Part shown: piece after piece, positions 33,001 through 45,753 of the stretch
Layout of the letters: each line of letters opens with the position of its first letter
Position numbering within the stretch: position 1 is the first letter of the stretch
Origin: Amphiscolops sp. MND2022
Taxonomy: Eukaryota
DNA length: 64,000 bases
Direction of reading: 5' to 3'
Assembly (NCBI GenBank): GCA_964187785.1
Contig: OZ076409.1
Coordinates: forward strand, 22,322,001-22,386,000
Program-made: the position numbers and the translations under genes
Notes under the pieces: model-generated
The model's database searches: none
What the model was told of the DNA's origin: nothing
Seen by the model: only the letters and a program-made list of their open reading frames with translations

Positions 33001-36000
33001 CATATGGGACCAATTCGTTGAAGTACCCGCTCTGGATGTTCTTTAGGTGGAATCGGACGTCACCAGGCTTATCTCGAACTTGTTGACAGGTGAGGCATTG
33101 GCCAACGTAACGGCCCACGCTGCGTCGAATACCAGGCCATGTGTGACGTTCTTGAATCCGAGCCACCACTTTGGAGATACCTTGATGTCCCATGGCGTCA
33201 TGCGCGCGGAATAAAATCTCATGCTGGTACAGTTGAGGCATGACGATCATGCACGGACGTTCGTGCAGGGGACGTTGCTTGGGAGGGTATCGTACGCAAA
33301 GCACACCATTCTTGTTAATAAACAGGAGAGTTTTCTTCTGACGGTAGTAGTTGCGTGCGAACTCACGCACGTTCTCGGGAAACACGTCATGATCGATGGG
33401 TTCGTTTAGCACCAACTTTTTGAGTGCTAGCACATGAACATCACGGTTTTGGGCTAGAATCAAATCTTTGATACCATGCACGGTGTGAGCATGTTCGTGA
33501 AGTTCAGTGTTGATGTCTTTAAGAGCCATAATTGAGTCACGTACACCCGAGGGAGTACCTTGCAGCGCAACAGGATTCGCCCCAACAATGGCATAGACGG
33601 TACGTGAGGGTACATTTACGGCATGCGTCGGTAATAGATAATCTTCGCGTGCTTCATCAGTGACATCAATCCAGTCCTCAGGGTAGTCTGGATAGGCATC
33701 CTCGTGCGGTTGCAGAGCAAGGGAAGGCGGAGGCGGCAAGGGGGCTGCGAATGCTTTTGCTTGTCTGTCCCTCCTGCTCGCTCGTTTGGTGCGGCGAAGC
33801 ACACGTAGCAATTGGTTGGGAGCCTTAGGCTCCAAGTTCTGCAGGTGCGCAGGTAGCTCGGGATGATTCGGGATGACTCGACCCTGAAGGTCGAACCATG
33901 GGGCAACAGGTAGTTTATCAAATTCGTCAGCTGAAAGGAAATTCCAGCGTTCGCCCGCGGCTGGCTGCTGTGCAAGCTGTTTCTCTCGGCATCGATACTC
34001 GTTGGTTCGTTTGCTCAAGCCATCGGCGTTTCGATGTTGAGTTCTTGGGCGGTGTTCCACGCGAAAGTGATACTTTCCAGGCTCATAATCCATCGGCCGA
34101 TTAGCGCTTGATCCGTGGAGAAGGTTTTCAACCAGGACAAGGCTTGGTTGTCCACCCGCAGGGTGAATTTCCGGGGACATAAATAGCTGTGGTTTTTCAC
34201 TATGAAATAGTAGGCGGCGAACATTTCAAGTTTGGGAGCTCCGTATCTAGCTTGCGTGGTAGTGAGCTTCTTGCTACCGTAAACTATCGGTCTCAGGCGT
34301 CGTTCACCCGGAGGACCTTGCCATTGGTGCAGGATACCCGAAATGGCGACAGCACTAGCGTCAGTGTCCAACACAAACTCTCCTTCGGAATCAGGCTGCG
34401 CGAGCGCAGTTGCCTCGATCAGGGCTTTTTTGATCTCATTGAATGCGGTTTGTTGCTCAGGACCCCAGGCGAAGGTGGCATTCAGTCCAGTGACGGCGTG
34501 CAGGAGTGCAACCAGCTTAGCGTGCCAAGGGATGAATTCGCGATAATAGTTGGCGAAGCCAAGGAAACTCTGCATCTCCGTCTTGTTACGGGGAATTTCC
34601 CAATCGCGCAACTTGACGACGGCTTTCGGGTCGGGCTTCACTACTTCTGCGGAAACCACTCGTCCCAAATACTTGATCTCCGATTTCATGAAATCGCATT
34701 TGGCCACGCGCATTTTGAAACCGGCTTCACGGAGGCATTCAAAGACTTCACGCAGGCGTACCATATGGTCTTCCACAGTCTCTGTGGCGATCACGATATC
34801 ATCAATGTAGGCCATGACCATGCTGCCCTCACGATTGACAATATTCTTAGCGCACGCGCTATTGACCGCTGAAACGTGGCAGATGCATTGCACATACCAA
34901 ATGGCATTCGCCGCCACTCAAAAAGTCCTAGTTCACAAGCGAAAGCGGTTTTGTGGCGATCTGCCTTCCGCACAGGAATTTGCCAAAAGGCCCAAGCAAG
35001 GTCTATGCTGGTATAAATCTTCGCCTTGCCTAGCCGTGCCAGGCTTTCATCAATACGGGGCAAGGGATAGGCATCCTTAATGGTTACCTCATTTAACGGG
35101 CGGAAGTCGCAGCAAAAGCGCAACTCCCAGTTTTTCTTTTTCACCATTACAATGCCGCTCGCCCAAGGGGACAGCGAGGGCTGTATCATTCCCAGAGCTA
35201 AGAGGTTCCGCACCTCCTGATTGGCACGTTCGGCCTTCTCAGGGGACATCCGGCGAGCACCTTCGCGATGCGGTACAGCCCCTGGTTCCACCTCCACGGT
35301 GTGCTTAGCGATAGTGCACCGACCGATGTCCGCTTTGTGTTTCATGAATAGTTCATCGAATTCATCGAGGAGGTTACGGAGAGACTCGCAGGCGCTAGCG
35401 CCCCATAAATCCTTGACCGCCTTTAGCTGAGATTCTGGCCCAGGAATCGGAGCCATTAGCTCTGAGTCTGTTCGCTTGCGAATTTCGCGCTCCGATAGTC
35501 CTGCCTCGCTAGGGTCAGTTGAGGACAAAAACTCAAATTCTGAAGAAAAGGTTAACTCAGAAAGATTCACTTCACTATAAATTTTATGAACAAAATTTGC
35601 ACGACTGTCGTCGGCGTCAGTTTTTGTGCGGGTTGTAGTGGGAGAGTCCAAACATTGAGGTACTGCTTGGTATACTACCGTTATGGGTACTACGGAGCCC
35701 AGTTGTACACCACACCGCATGCGTTGAGGGTTGCTGGTGAGATTTATCAGGCTCACAAAGAGTATTCCTGTCTCACTGACAGTGGCCACGCTGTCCTCTA
35801 AAAAGACGACATTGTGCAACGTAGTGTCAGACAAAGAGGCATTGAGCGCTACGCTTTGAAAAATCAGCGGCTCTAGTGCATTGGTGACGAGCTTGGCTCT
35901 AGCCACCGCTCGTTCGAAAGGTTGCAGGACCAAGTCACTGTCCAAAACGACTGGAGTAGCTATTGAAGTGTCACCTACCTGTGCGTGAGCATGATGCCAC

Positions 36001-36563
36001 ACAGGCTTCACTGGTGCTCGCACCACAATCTTCATAGATGTTAGATCCAATAACAATTGGTAGGAGCGAAGAAAGTTCCGGCCAAGTAGGAAGTCTTCCA
36101 CACCCATTGCGTCATCTACCACCACAAAGTTCGTTTCAAGTTCGTATCCTCCCAGCTGGAAATGGATATGTTCTGCGAGGCCGTAGGTCTTTATTGTCTT
36201 CCCGTTGGCTGCGTACAGGTCAACTTGGTAGGGTTTAAGGACCGTTCCAGTTCGAGCTGCCACTCTGTTGAAGGCGGAAAACGTCAGTATGGAGACGCCC
36301 GAGCCAGTGTCCACCATTCCTCGCAGTGGGATAGGTGCTGCATGAGGCACCACGAAAGAGACCACGAGCGACGCACGCTCATCTATACGCGCTTCACCGG
36401 TGGGCTCCTGATGATTGATGTTATAGCATTTGAGCTCCTGGGGACCCAGACAAATGCCAGGGGGAAATACATCCACCACCACACAGGCTTCGAATTTCAT
36501 ATCCACTCCATCCATTGAAGCGCAGACTGGCACTGGGGAATATGTTGTCAGAGTCGCAGACTC
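30006..36563 (-). pseudogene. pol: Gypsy pol: protease, RT, RNase H, integrase with long C-terminal extension; frameshifts near 34850, 34075, 32910
   Basis: VDTGSG; KDAYPLP, MPFG, AYIDD; DTDAS, VDNQAL; HDAMGH...CLTC, IDHFSK, QSDNA, GLVERQN; WRGPHKV. Confidence 0.95.
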
Positions 36564-39549
36564 TCACGGAGCGTACCATTCTTTCGGTCGAGGCAACTCG
36601 TTTCGTTTGTAGAGGATAGACAATTCGACCCATAGCTTCGCCAGAGTTAGCGTCGGCCTACGTGTTTGCTCAGCTGCCAGCAACAGGTGAATTGAAATCA
36701 GCGTCCGTCCTTGCGGATCGAACGTCGTGGGTTCCAAGCAGGTCTGAACTTGCTTAGCACCACAAGTGAATGTCATCGGAGTGTGGAACGCAGGCGGTTC
36801 CGCTGGATGTAGCATCAACACACGGTCATCTTCCAAAGGTACGGTGTGCGCGGCGATGCCAGCTGATTCGACCTCAGCCCATCGATTGTAGGCTAACTCG
36901 TCACTGGGCTTCGGCGCATGGGAGTGCTCACCACATTGCACTTCCGCCTGATCGAAAAGTCCACAGCTCGTGCATTGATAGATCCCCGGATGACCTTCAA
37001 GGATACCATCGGTCGTGTCTTCCGTGGTCACCTTTACGCCCTCTGGTTCGGAGGCAGTCATTGGTTTTCGGGCCTGGTCACGATTGGGGCACTCGCGAGC
37101 AAAATGTCCGCTTTGCCCACAGTGAAAACAAGCACCTACCGGCGCTCGGGCGGGCGCTGGGACAGCGGGAGCTGGGACATTTTGGGGGGGGGGGCGCCGG
37201 AGGTGGCAGGACGCCCTGCGGCATAACCATCTTGTTCGGCGGCAGTGGTGCGAAAGGATGAGGTCTAGACCTCATGGCTAATCTGGGATCATAGGGTTGT
37301 TGAGGTTGGGTGGGTCTGGGACGATTTCGTTGCAGCTGACGTGTGGTAAATCGCAAGGACTCCACGGTAGGGGGTTCGGTAAGAAAAGTCTCCGAGGCGT
37401 ACACTATGGCGAGTTCACGCCTCAGCACTGGATCTCGCACACCTTCCATGAAGCGTTGCAAGATTTCATAGCGTTTGGTAATGATACTTTCTTGCGGGAA
37501 TCCTTGGCTCCTGAGACCCTCTAAAGCGTCTAAGTACTGCATCCAGTCCTCTTTTTCTTGTTGGACGCGGCTTTGGAAGGTCTGCCGCACCTGCATACGA
37601 TTTCCTCCCGCGCCAAATCGGCTAGATAGCAACTCGAACACCTTCTCGGGGGTGTCACGTTCAGACTCAGCCTTGTTGATGATGTAGTTGCGAGCCTCAC
37701 CCTCGAGGTGACCGATAATGCTCCAGGCCCGATCTTCGGCCGAGATTTTGGTTTGGACTCTTTTCAAGTATCGCTGCATCACTAAAATCCAGCCATCAAT
37801 AGACCCGTCCTTAGAGCCTCGATACACGCTGGGTTTGGTTTGAGCCAGGTCACGTCCCGCAAGCAACGGTGCTAGTTCTTTGGACATTGCTTTGGAAATG
37901 GCGGCAGTGAACCTCAATTGCTCGGGAGAAATGATTTCAGTCTCTCCTTCCTTGGGTGCCACTTCATCAGTACCGTCGTCACTGCCATGCGTAGCTCGCA
38001 CTGAGAGGTTCGCCACGTCTTCTTTCTTGCGAGTGCTACTCGCACAAGGAGCGCCCGAGGGCATTCCATCCTCGGCTGTCCAGTCGGCGGTCAGATATAG
38101 GGAGTCCGTTCCAGAAGCCATGGTAGGGGCCGTCGCATACGCAGCTCCATCAGTCTGGGACCCTAGTGTGGCCTTGGTACAGGATAAATCAACTTCGGTG
38201 GAAGTATCTAGATAGATAGGTGACATTGGGTCCACACCTTGGTCCCGGGTGGCACTTCGAACTACGGAGGAGGTTATTTGACTCATCGACGAGGAGTCGT
38301 GGGGCCCTCTTACCTGCACCCGTGCAGGTTTACGCTCCACATCAGCCATGATGAGTACGGGATCCTTGGTTCGGGTTTCAGGCGTCGTCGACTTGGAGGT
38401 GCTAGGCTTCAATGCACTCACCAGCTCGGGTTTCGTTGCCCGACCCAGGTGCGATGATTCCGGAATCTTATTTGAATCCGCGACTGGCGCACCTTCAGTG
38501 GCACCAGATTGTCGTGGGAGGGACCTTTCGCGCCTCATGATGTTGATAGCATTGAGCACAGTGTGCATTTGGTTACTCAAGTCATTGATCTGGGTTTCCA
38601 CACGAAGTTCACGGGCCATCAAAAGGTCATTCATCTCACCCATTCTGTAGCCTAGTGCATCTACGCGAGCACTCTGCGTGTTCTGCGCGGTTCGCAGTTG
38701 ATCACTGACCTGCAATCCTTCTCGCATCGTTGTCTGCAACGTTCTCATATTTTCAGCGATGGCACGATGTTGGTCATTGCACCCAGCACGAGTGCTAGCC
38801 AGTTCAGCTAAGGCACGTTGGGTCTCGGCTTGGGCTTCCAATATTGCGGCTTTATACACCGAAGATCGTTGGGACGATGCCACTGAACCTGGCACGCTCC
38901 TCGTACGAGGCACCTCAACTTGACGTTCACCTACATTTATCATGGGTGGTCGCACTTTCTTGTGTTTGCCATATGCACAAACTCTAGTGTTACCTCGAGT
39001 GACTCCAGACCCTTGCGGTCTCGCACAACTCGTGTTCTCCGTGTAGGTAAGATCCTCGTCCACCGTGATCTGTAGGCGGGAGCTCATCTTTTCTCCTGGG
39101 GGTGCGCGAGAGCACCCTTCCTCAGCTGCAAGTTCGTTGGTCACGTTCGAGTTGGGCCACTCCTCTTCTGCTTCATTGGTTCTTTCACGACAGGTTTCTT
39201 CGACCCATTGCTCGGTTCGACGAGAGCTTCCAGATGCAACGGAACCCTCAGAGGGAGGGACCATGGCGGCCAATTCCTCCTTGCGTTGTTGCTCGATAGT
39301 GACTTCGTCAGACATTTCGTCTGAAAAATGCGAACCGTCCATTGTGGATCCTATGGTCACCCATGACTGCGAACTCATGTCAAGCTTTTCCAGGCCTGGT
39401 AGTACCATTACACACGATGCCAATGGCAGAGCAGGTGTCAACGATTCGGACGTAGCCTTTAAAGAAGTCTCGAAGAACGCGGGATTTGTCGAGTCTCTGT
39501 TAGCTCTAGGCTCGTCTCGGTGTGGACTTAAGAAATTTGACTGTTTCAC
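36564..39549 (-). pseudogene. gag: Gypsy gag with long N-terminal extension; frameshift at G11 run 37184-37194
   Basis: Capsid-like KPSVYRG..DGSIDGWI...HLEGEAR...FQSRVQ; CCHC knuckle CFHCGQSGHFAREC appears after a +1 shift and reads into ORF 36564..37061. Confidence 0.9.
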
Positions 39550-42082
39550 AACGTCCCAAATTTCTCGAAATGCGTTTTAAGGCTCGGAGGTTGCTCAAAC
39601 TCGCACAGCGCTTTCCCACAAGCACACTGGGTCAGAAAATCAACCTGGTTTGGGGCCAAAAGCCTCCGGTCACTCACAGGAAGATTTTCAAAGAATTTTT
39701 GGATTTTCCAAAAATCGCACAACAATACTCAAGAGGCTCGTGTGTGCGCTGGAAGCGCTGTATCAAGCCCAAAATTGACCAGCAGATCTTGGGTACGCGT
39801 AGGTTCACGAAAATGAACACAGTTTTGAGCTGCGCCCCTTCTACACAGTTTCACCTAGGTACAGACGTGCGGTACCACTATGTACCGAAATACACTGTTT
39901 TTCACGTCTTTTTCAAGATTGTGGTCCACTGGAAAAAGCTAGCAAGCTCAAATTCTCTGCAGCAACGTAGGAACTAGCACAAGTTACGATGGTGAGCTGC
40001 AAAAGGGCCCCACCCGTCGGCTAAGGTACCCGGGTTACTTGGAATAATTTAGAAAAAACTACCTTTTTGCGCACCTTTTTGGGCGCCGCGTTTTTCCTAT
40101 TTTCTCGACAAGTATCACACAGATCGGCACCAAACTTGGTAGTCTATGCCTATGGGCACCTATAATGCCGCTAATATGGTCGAATTGAAGCGCAAGCGCT
40201 TATTTGAGGTTTCGACCTACTATGTACGTTGTACACGAAAAAACACTGTTTTTGACGACTTTTTTCACAAATTGACGAAGAGGATCACCTCAGAAAGTGA
40301 CACGGCGGTCAAAATGGGACCAACGTGTTGCCCCACTACCCGTAGCACTGGGATAAACCCTCAATCGGTTGTGCCCGTCAATTATAAGTCACTGACAGTC
40401 CTGCAGTTTTGGATCTTTTCGGCTTTTTCAGCTTCTCTGGAGTCAAAACGTCAGAGAGCTTTTCTCGACTTTGGGGAACGATACGCCCACCAAATTTTCG
40501 GCACTAACGTTGTTTTTGGTGGTGGTTACGAAGATGCAACCACTTTTTGGCTAGGGTTCGGAAATCGATGACCCGACCCTAGTTCAGAGACGGTCCGGTT
40601 TTGTGGAAAATTGATCAAATTCAGTGCGTTTTTCCACTTTTCTCAGCACTGATAAGGAATTTTTGCATGCGGTTTTCACTACAATGCGTTGTTTTTACTA
40701 TAGAAACAGAAAACGAGAGCACGAAAGCTCCTGACTAACAAAAAGACAGAGTGCCCAGGGGGTTTTTATTGTGTGCTAGGACACTCCTGAAACTAACTAA
40801 AATTCTAGGTTTTTCAACTTTTCTCGACACTGAAAAGGAGTTTTTGCACGCGGTTTTCACCACAATGCGCTATTTTTATTGCAAAAACAGAAAATAAGAG
40901 CGTTCAGACTCGCTCTGGTCCACTAAGCTTCACTCTCAAGACTTTCAGACAATGCACCTTCTATGCCTAAAAACACCTTAAATTACCGGTTTCTTTGCAC
41001 CGTGTCAGCCCCAGGCTGCCTGAATCCGCTGTAAAAGTTACAGTTAGTGTCCTGTGGGTTTACTACGCTTGACAAAACACCGTACACTGCTTTTTCACGC
41101 TTCTACACAAGTGTACGCCTGTGTTTCTGGGTGCCTTTTTGGTCAAAATTCCATTTTTTTGCAATTTTCTGGTGCTAGATCGGCACTTTTATCACAACCA
41201 AAGGCAAAATTGCGGCCTTCTGTGCCTCGTACTAGCTTTCTCGAGCCTTGCAGCTGCTCTTTACAACACTTTTCACGAAGTTTTCCTGGTTCCGCTGAGA
41301 ACAAGTGCTCAAAACCACGAAAAACACGAAAAAAACGCAAAATCAGGGTTTTTTCACGCAAGTGCTATCTTTTTTGCAGAAAAGCACTTCGTAGGGTGTC
41401 GTTACATCTACAATAAAACATTACTGACCTGCACCAACGATTCCCCGTCGAAAAAGGTGCATTTTCAAAAATTTCACCGACCATGAGCCATTTGAGCGAC
41501 GCGTCCGGTCACAGGGGGTGCACCTTCACCACGCTTTTTCTCCACATCCAGACCAGATAGAGACACGCGGTTTGGACCATTAGCATCGTCTGCGATTGCA
41601 CTTGCTGTCCACCAAAAACCATACCTCTAGGACGTCTCCACGAGAAATGGGAGTAGAAAGTAGGCAACACACAATTTGACTTCCCCTTCGCCTCGCTGGT
41701 TCATGGTCAGCCATCCACCAGTTACCTTCTTGCATGGCATAAAATGGCTGAAAATAGCTTGCAAAACCTGTTAAACACCTGTAGCCACGTGCTACGGTCT
41801 TCAGCACCTGCAAAAAGATACCCGCTGATGGGCACACAACACATCACACAAAAATATCGATTTCCTTCCAAAACACCTAAAAATACCATTTTCGCACCTG
41901 AAAACGTGATTTTTTCGGGTTTTCTCTGGTTCAACGCCTCTCCCAGTTCCAGTAGAATGTCACACGACTAAAAAAGGGTAGAACTCTGCTTCTCTCTCCT
42001 CTTCCAGAGTCGAAACGGGCTTGGCGCTGATTACCAGGGGGCCAGATCTTTTAAAAACCGCTAGGGAAAGCTTCCCAAGACG

Positions 42083-42100
42083 ATCCCTCTGTGGTCGCCA
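42083..42100 (-). promoter_or_regulatory. Primer binding site, probably tRNA-Arg
   Basis: Minus strand TGGCGACCACAGAGGGAT; plus strand ATCCCTCTGTGGTCGCCA resembles the 3' end of animal tRNA-Arg(UCG). Confidence 0.75.
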
Positions 42101-42115
42101 AAAAATGAGGTTCTA

Positions 42116-42828
42116 TGTAACGATAAGCGCTGGCGCTTGAACCGCAACGTAGAGTGGAGGAACTAGAACAGCGAATGTAATCCGGGACTTAGATCTCCGC
42201 GGCCCTAGCTCATTTTCCCTCCGAAGGAGCCAGTCCCAAGGTGGGGGAACCGTCTTGTTGGAAACTCTCTGGCCTGGTCCTAGTCTGTAACTGCTAAAAG
42301 TAACGGGCATCTTGCATGTCTCAAGACCACTGCTCAATTAGCCTTTAAAAAGGGGGCTGAAAACAGGAGGATGTTGAGCCATAGTATTGGAGAATCTGAT
42401 AAAATCGACATCAAAAAGGGTAACTACAGATGTAAATGGGCAGCTCTCGAGCATATCAATCTACTACAACAAGGAAAGCACAATAAGCATAACAGTATTA
42501 GAAGTTTGAGTTATTTAACAAGAGCGAATCGACCATGGCTTCCCAGCGCTAGCGCTCGTCACCGCACCGGACACCGCAGGATCTTCAGGCGAGCATCTGG
42601 AACACCGGTTTCTGTTACCTATGTAGTGTAAACGCCAAAGATGGGCACATCACCGTGTTCTAGGGACTGCTTTTTACGTCTTCTCTTCTCGTCGTCTCTC
42701 GCGGGGGCGATTTCTGATTTCTGATCTGCTTTTCTGACAGGTCTTTCGTCTGGAGCATGTTTGAGTGCCACGTCAGATTTGAACGAATTTTTGCTTCGAA
42801 AATTTTGACATGGGCAGTTGCCGTTACA
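42116..42828 (-). repeat. Gypsy 5' LTR
   Basis: 713-bp direct repeat of 23945-24657, TG...CA ends. Confidence 0.97.
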
Positions 42829-42953
42829 TCATATACTGTACTTTGAGAAAAATTGGTTCTGAAAAGTTTCGCTATCCATACGCTCTGCATGTAATCGTAC
42901 ATCAAATCACATTGTTCATGTTTAATGAAGATGGTAAACCAGAAATATGACAG

Positions 42954-43189
42954 ACAGTGTCAAGTTCTGGGGCCTAGATTGGCACCTGGATATTGAAGGT
43001 AACCTGACCAACTTAGACAACGAGTTTGGACTTTATTCCACCCATGCGATTACCAACAAAAGCAAAGTTTTAGTGGACAAGCACGACTTCACAAAGCCAC
43101 TGTTTCTGTATGTGTCATTCCAAAGTGTACATTCTGCAAATCCAGACGATCCTATACAAGTGCCAACGAAGACTGAGTACAATTATAAG
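42954..43189 (+). CDS. ARSB: Arylsulfatase exon 4 (5' end 42954 or 42958)
   Basis: FWGLDW...GLYSTH...KPLFLYVSFQSVHSAN..PIQVP; donor AG|GTTTGT at 43190. Confidence 0.9.
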
Positions 43190-44850
43190 GTTTGTTCGTC
43201 AATTCTATTACTTGATGATTCTTTGGTAGAGACATGGTCAACACCTGGTAGTCGATGGATATTCTAGAAAATTTTAATCTAATGTGAACAAGTTGGGAAG
43301 TCGGGGCCCGTCTAAGGCTCAAAAAGAGCAACGCCTTTGTACTTTAAGTATATTCGAAGACATTTTAAGTGTGCTTTTTGTTTCCTACTTTTTAGTCGGC
43401 GCTTTCGATAGAAAAGCCGACTACGGTAGTGTTTCTTTAAGACCAGCAAGCTGACACTTTTCTATGAGGATTTCTATAAGTTGTAACTTAGTAACTTCTA
43501 AATAGTTCCCGCCAACCTTTTAGCCGAACACTTTGGAACACTGTGCTGGGCTAAAAAAAATTCATGCTTGCAAAAGTAGAGGAGAGACCAAAGTTTTTTT
43601 AAGCAACTATGCTTTATCAGAAGTGTCCCCTTTGAATTTTAGTGGAAACAAAGAACATAATGTTTTCCCTTAGGGATTTTCAGCTCTATGCGAGTTATCG
43701 AAGAAATGTTTTTTTTTTCAAAAAAAGATTGACTTCTTGAAATTTTATTTTTAAAAATTTTCACACATTTTTTTGGTTTTTTGTAGTTCTCTGTTAGGAA
43801 AACTGTTGTCCGAGTCTTAAGAGTAACCTCTTTAGTTATATTTTGGTTATATGGGACTAATGAGTTTTTTCAATAATTGTGGAAGAGACCTGCTGTTTTC
43901 TTCGGAACTGGGCGACTTTTTTTTGAAAAAATCATTTGGTTTAAAGGTACCCATTCACGTATACAAAAATTTTTGGACTGTGTTCTCCTCATGACCATAT
44001 CAATGAGCTAAGGGCAAACTAAAGACCCAAAACCCGACAATTTTGTGTTGAGCGGAAATCGAAACTAATTCCAAGAGAGGCCCAAATGCTCTAACAATCA
44101 GGCTAGTGATTAATGTCAAACCAAGTGTTGGGAGTCTTTAGGAAACAGAAGGACTAGTGTTTTTTCAATTCGATCAATAGTATAAATAGTATCAATAGTA
44201 TCAAAAAAGGTAAAATAATTGGGATATACCGTCAATAATTCAGAAATTATGCACGTTTTGGATTTTTTGACACGGGGGAAACAAAACATCGGAATAGCAG
44301 ACCTTTACTAATAACAAGCATAACATCTTCTTCGTGGAAACTGGGAAGGATGCAACGGCTCAGAAAAGTGTATCACGATTCACATCATTTTTCTAAATGA
44401 TGCGAAAAGAGTGTTGATTTTGAAAAAGAACAATTCAACAAAAGATCTCAGCTACAACCAAAGAAATTAAAAAACTTCAAGTTTTTAAGCTCATCTTTAA
44501 GCGAAGATGAACTTTAAAAAGGTGAACAAACTACCCAATAAAAAGGAACACATGCTCAACAATTCCAATTCACATTCAAGAACAGGCATCCAGTGAAATG
44601 AAGAAAGAAAGTTACCCGATACCAGGAACGAGTTACCTAATAGCCAAAAAATAATTCGTGACTCTAGCTGCTAACACAGTAAGAAAGACAAATCATTCTC
44701 AATACGTCTCGACTCAATAAAAAAAACTTACAACACAAATATTTAACATTAAAGAGAGAATATCTGAAAATGAAAAATACCGGAAGCGAAATCTAGGCGA
44801 CAAAAGTGGACTTCGATTACACATTTGGACAGATCAAACAGGACATAGAG

Positions 44851-45673
44851 TAAGGCCAGCATAAAATCATGGGCGTGAATTAGCGTGATTTTCTAGCCAA
44901 TCAGAATGCTCTGTGTCATGGCGTGACTTTACGACGGAATGTGATTGGCGGAATTCAAAGTAACAATTCTAGAACATTCTAGAAAATCGAATAATATAGA
45001 ACAATGAAAAGGAACTAGAAAATGGCGGAATATGACAGTTGTGAAGTGATCCGAGCAATTTGATTGGTGGAATAAGACTATAGTTTCTATACTATATTAC
45101 TATTCTATTCAAAATTAAACTACATACTATCAAAGTCAGTTTATTCAAGTTTAAAGTTTATGAAAGATTTGCAGTTTTTTGATCAAAACGAATGTCTCGC
45201 TTTTGACGAAAAACCTGCTTTGAGTGTTCCTGACTTTGATAAGGTACCAAGTACAGAGTTTACATTATATCGATCAGTCTCCCGGTCATTTCCCCAATGT
45301 CTGACATTTGCGACATTTACGATGATACAAAAAACAAAATCGAACAGTTGCAAGACTTCTGGAAGGGTAACAAAAGTAGAATGCCTCAACTTTCATCTAT
45401 TGCGCTAAGTTTCGGGTTTCTTCAATCATCCTCAGCAGCTTGGAAAGAAATTTCGGTTGTTTTTCAAATATTGTGACTTCTGATCGCCAATGTTTGGACC
45501 CAGAAACCATCAAACAACTGCTGTTTCTGTACATGAACTCTGGAAAATTGAATTGAATTCACCTTTTGCTCCAATTTTTTTCTCCATGATTTTAGCGTGA
45601 TTTTCGATTAAAAATAGCGTGAATAAGTGCGTGTTTTTTGGGCATGTTCGCGCGTGATTTTTTGCTGGCCTCA
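44851..45673 (+). mobile_element. Non-autonomous hAT transposon (823 bp) retaining a dimerisation-domain remnant
   Basis: TIRs TAAGGCCAGCATAAAATCA / TGATTTTTTGCTGGCCTCA; flanks ACATAGAG and ACATAGAA (8-bp TSD, 1 mismatch); ~45354-45556 translates FWK....MPQLSSIAL...SSSAA/ERNF..FSNIVTSDRQCLDPETIKQLLFL. Confidence 0.88.
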
Positions 45674-45753
45674 ACATAGAAACAGAAAACCTAGGCATTA
45701 ATTGTCAGTCATGGGAGCAAATGACAGAATGTTTCTGACTCCTGAAATACGCC

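Larger units (their letters stand above)
23945..42828 (-). mobile_element. Full-length giant Ty3/Gypsy LTR retrotransposon (18,884 bp) in intron 3
   Basis: Two 713-bp LTRs (TGTAACG...CGTTACA), PBS, PPT, gag, PR-RT-RH-IN order, extra ORF. Confidence 0.97.

Noticed and set aside
35690..35950. dUTPase between protease and RT
   Set aside because: Only a beta-rich dUTPase-like spacing is visible; catalytic motifs are absent and such relics are common in Gypsy pol.
37180..37194. Programmed -1 frameshift at C CCA AAA in gag
   Set aside because: A -1 shift hits a stop within ~15 codons; the zinc knuckle needs +1, so this is a homopolymer indel.
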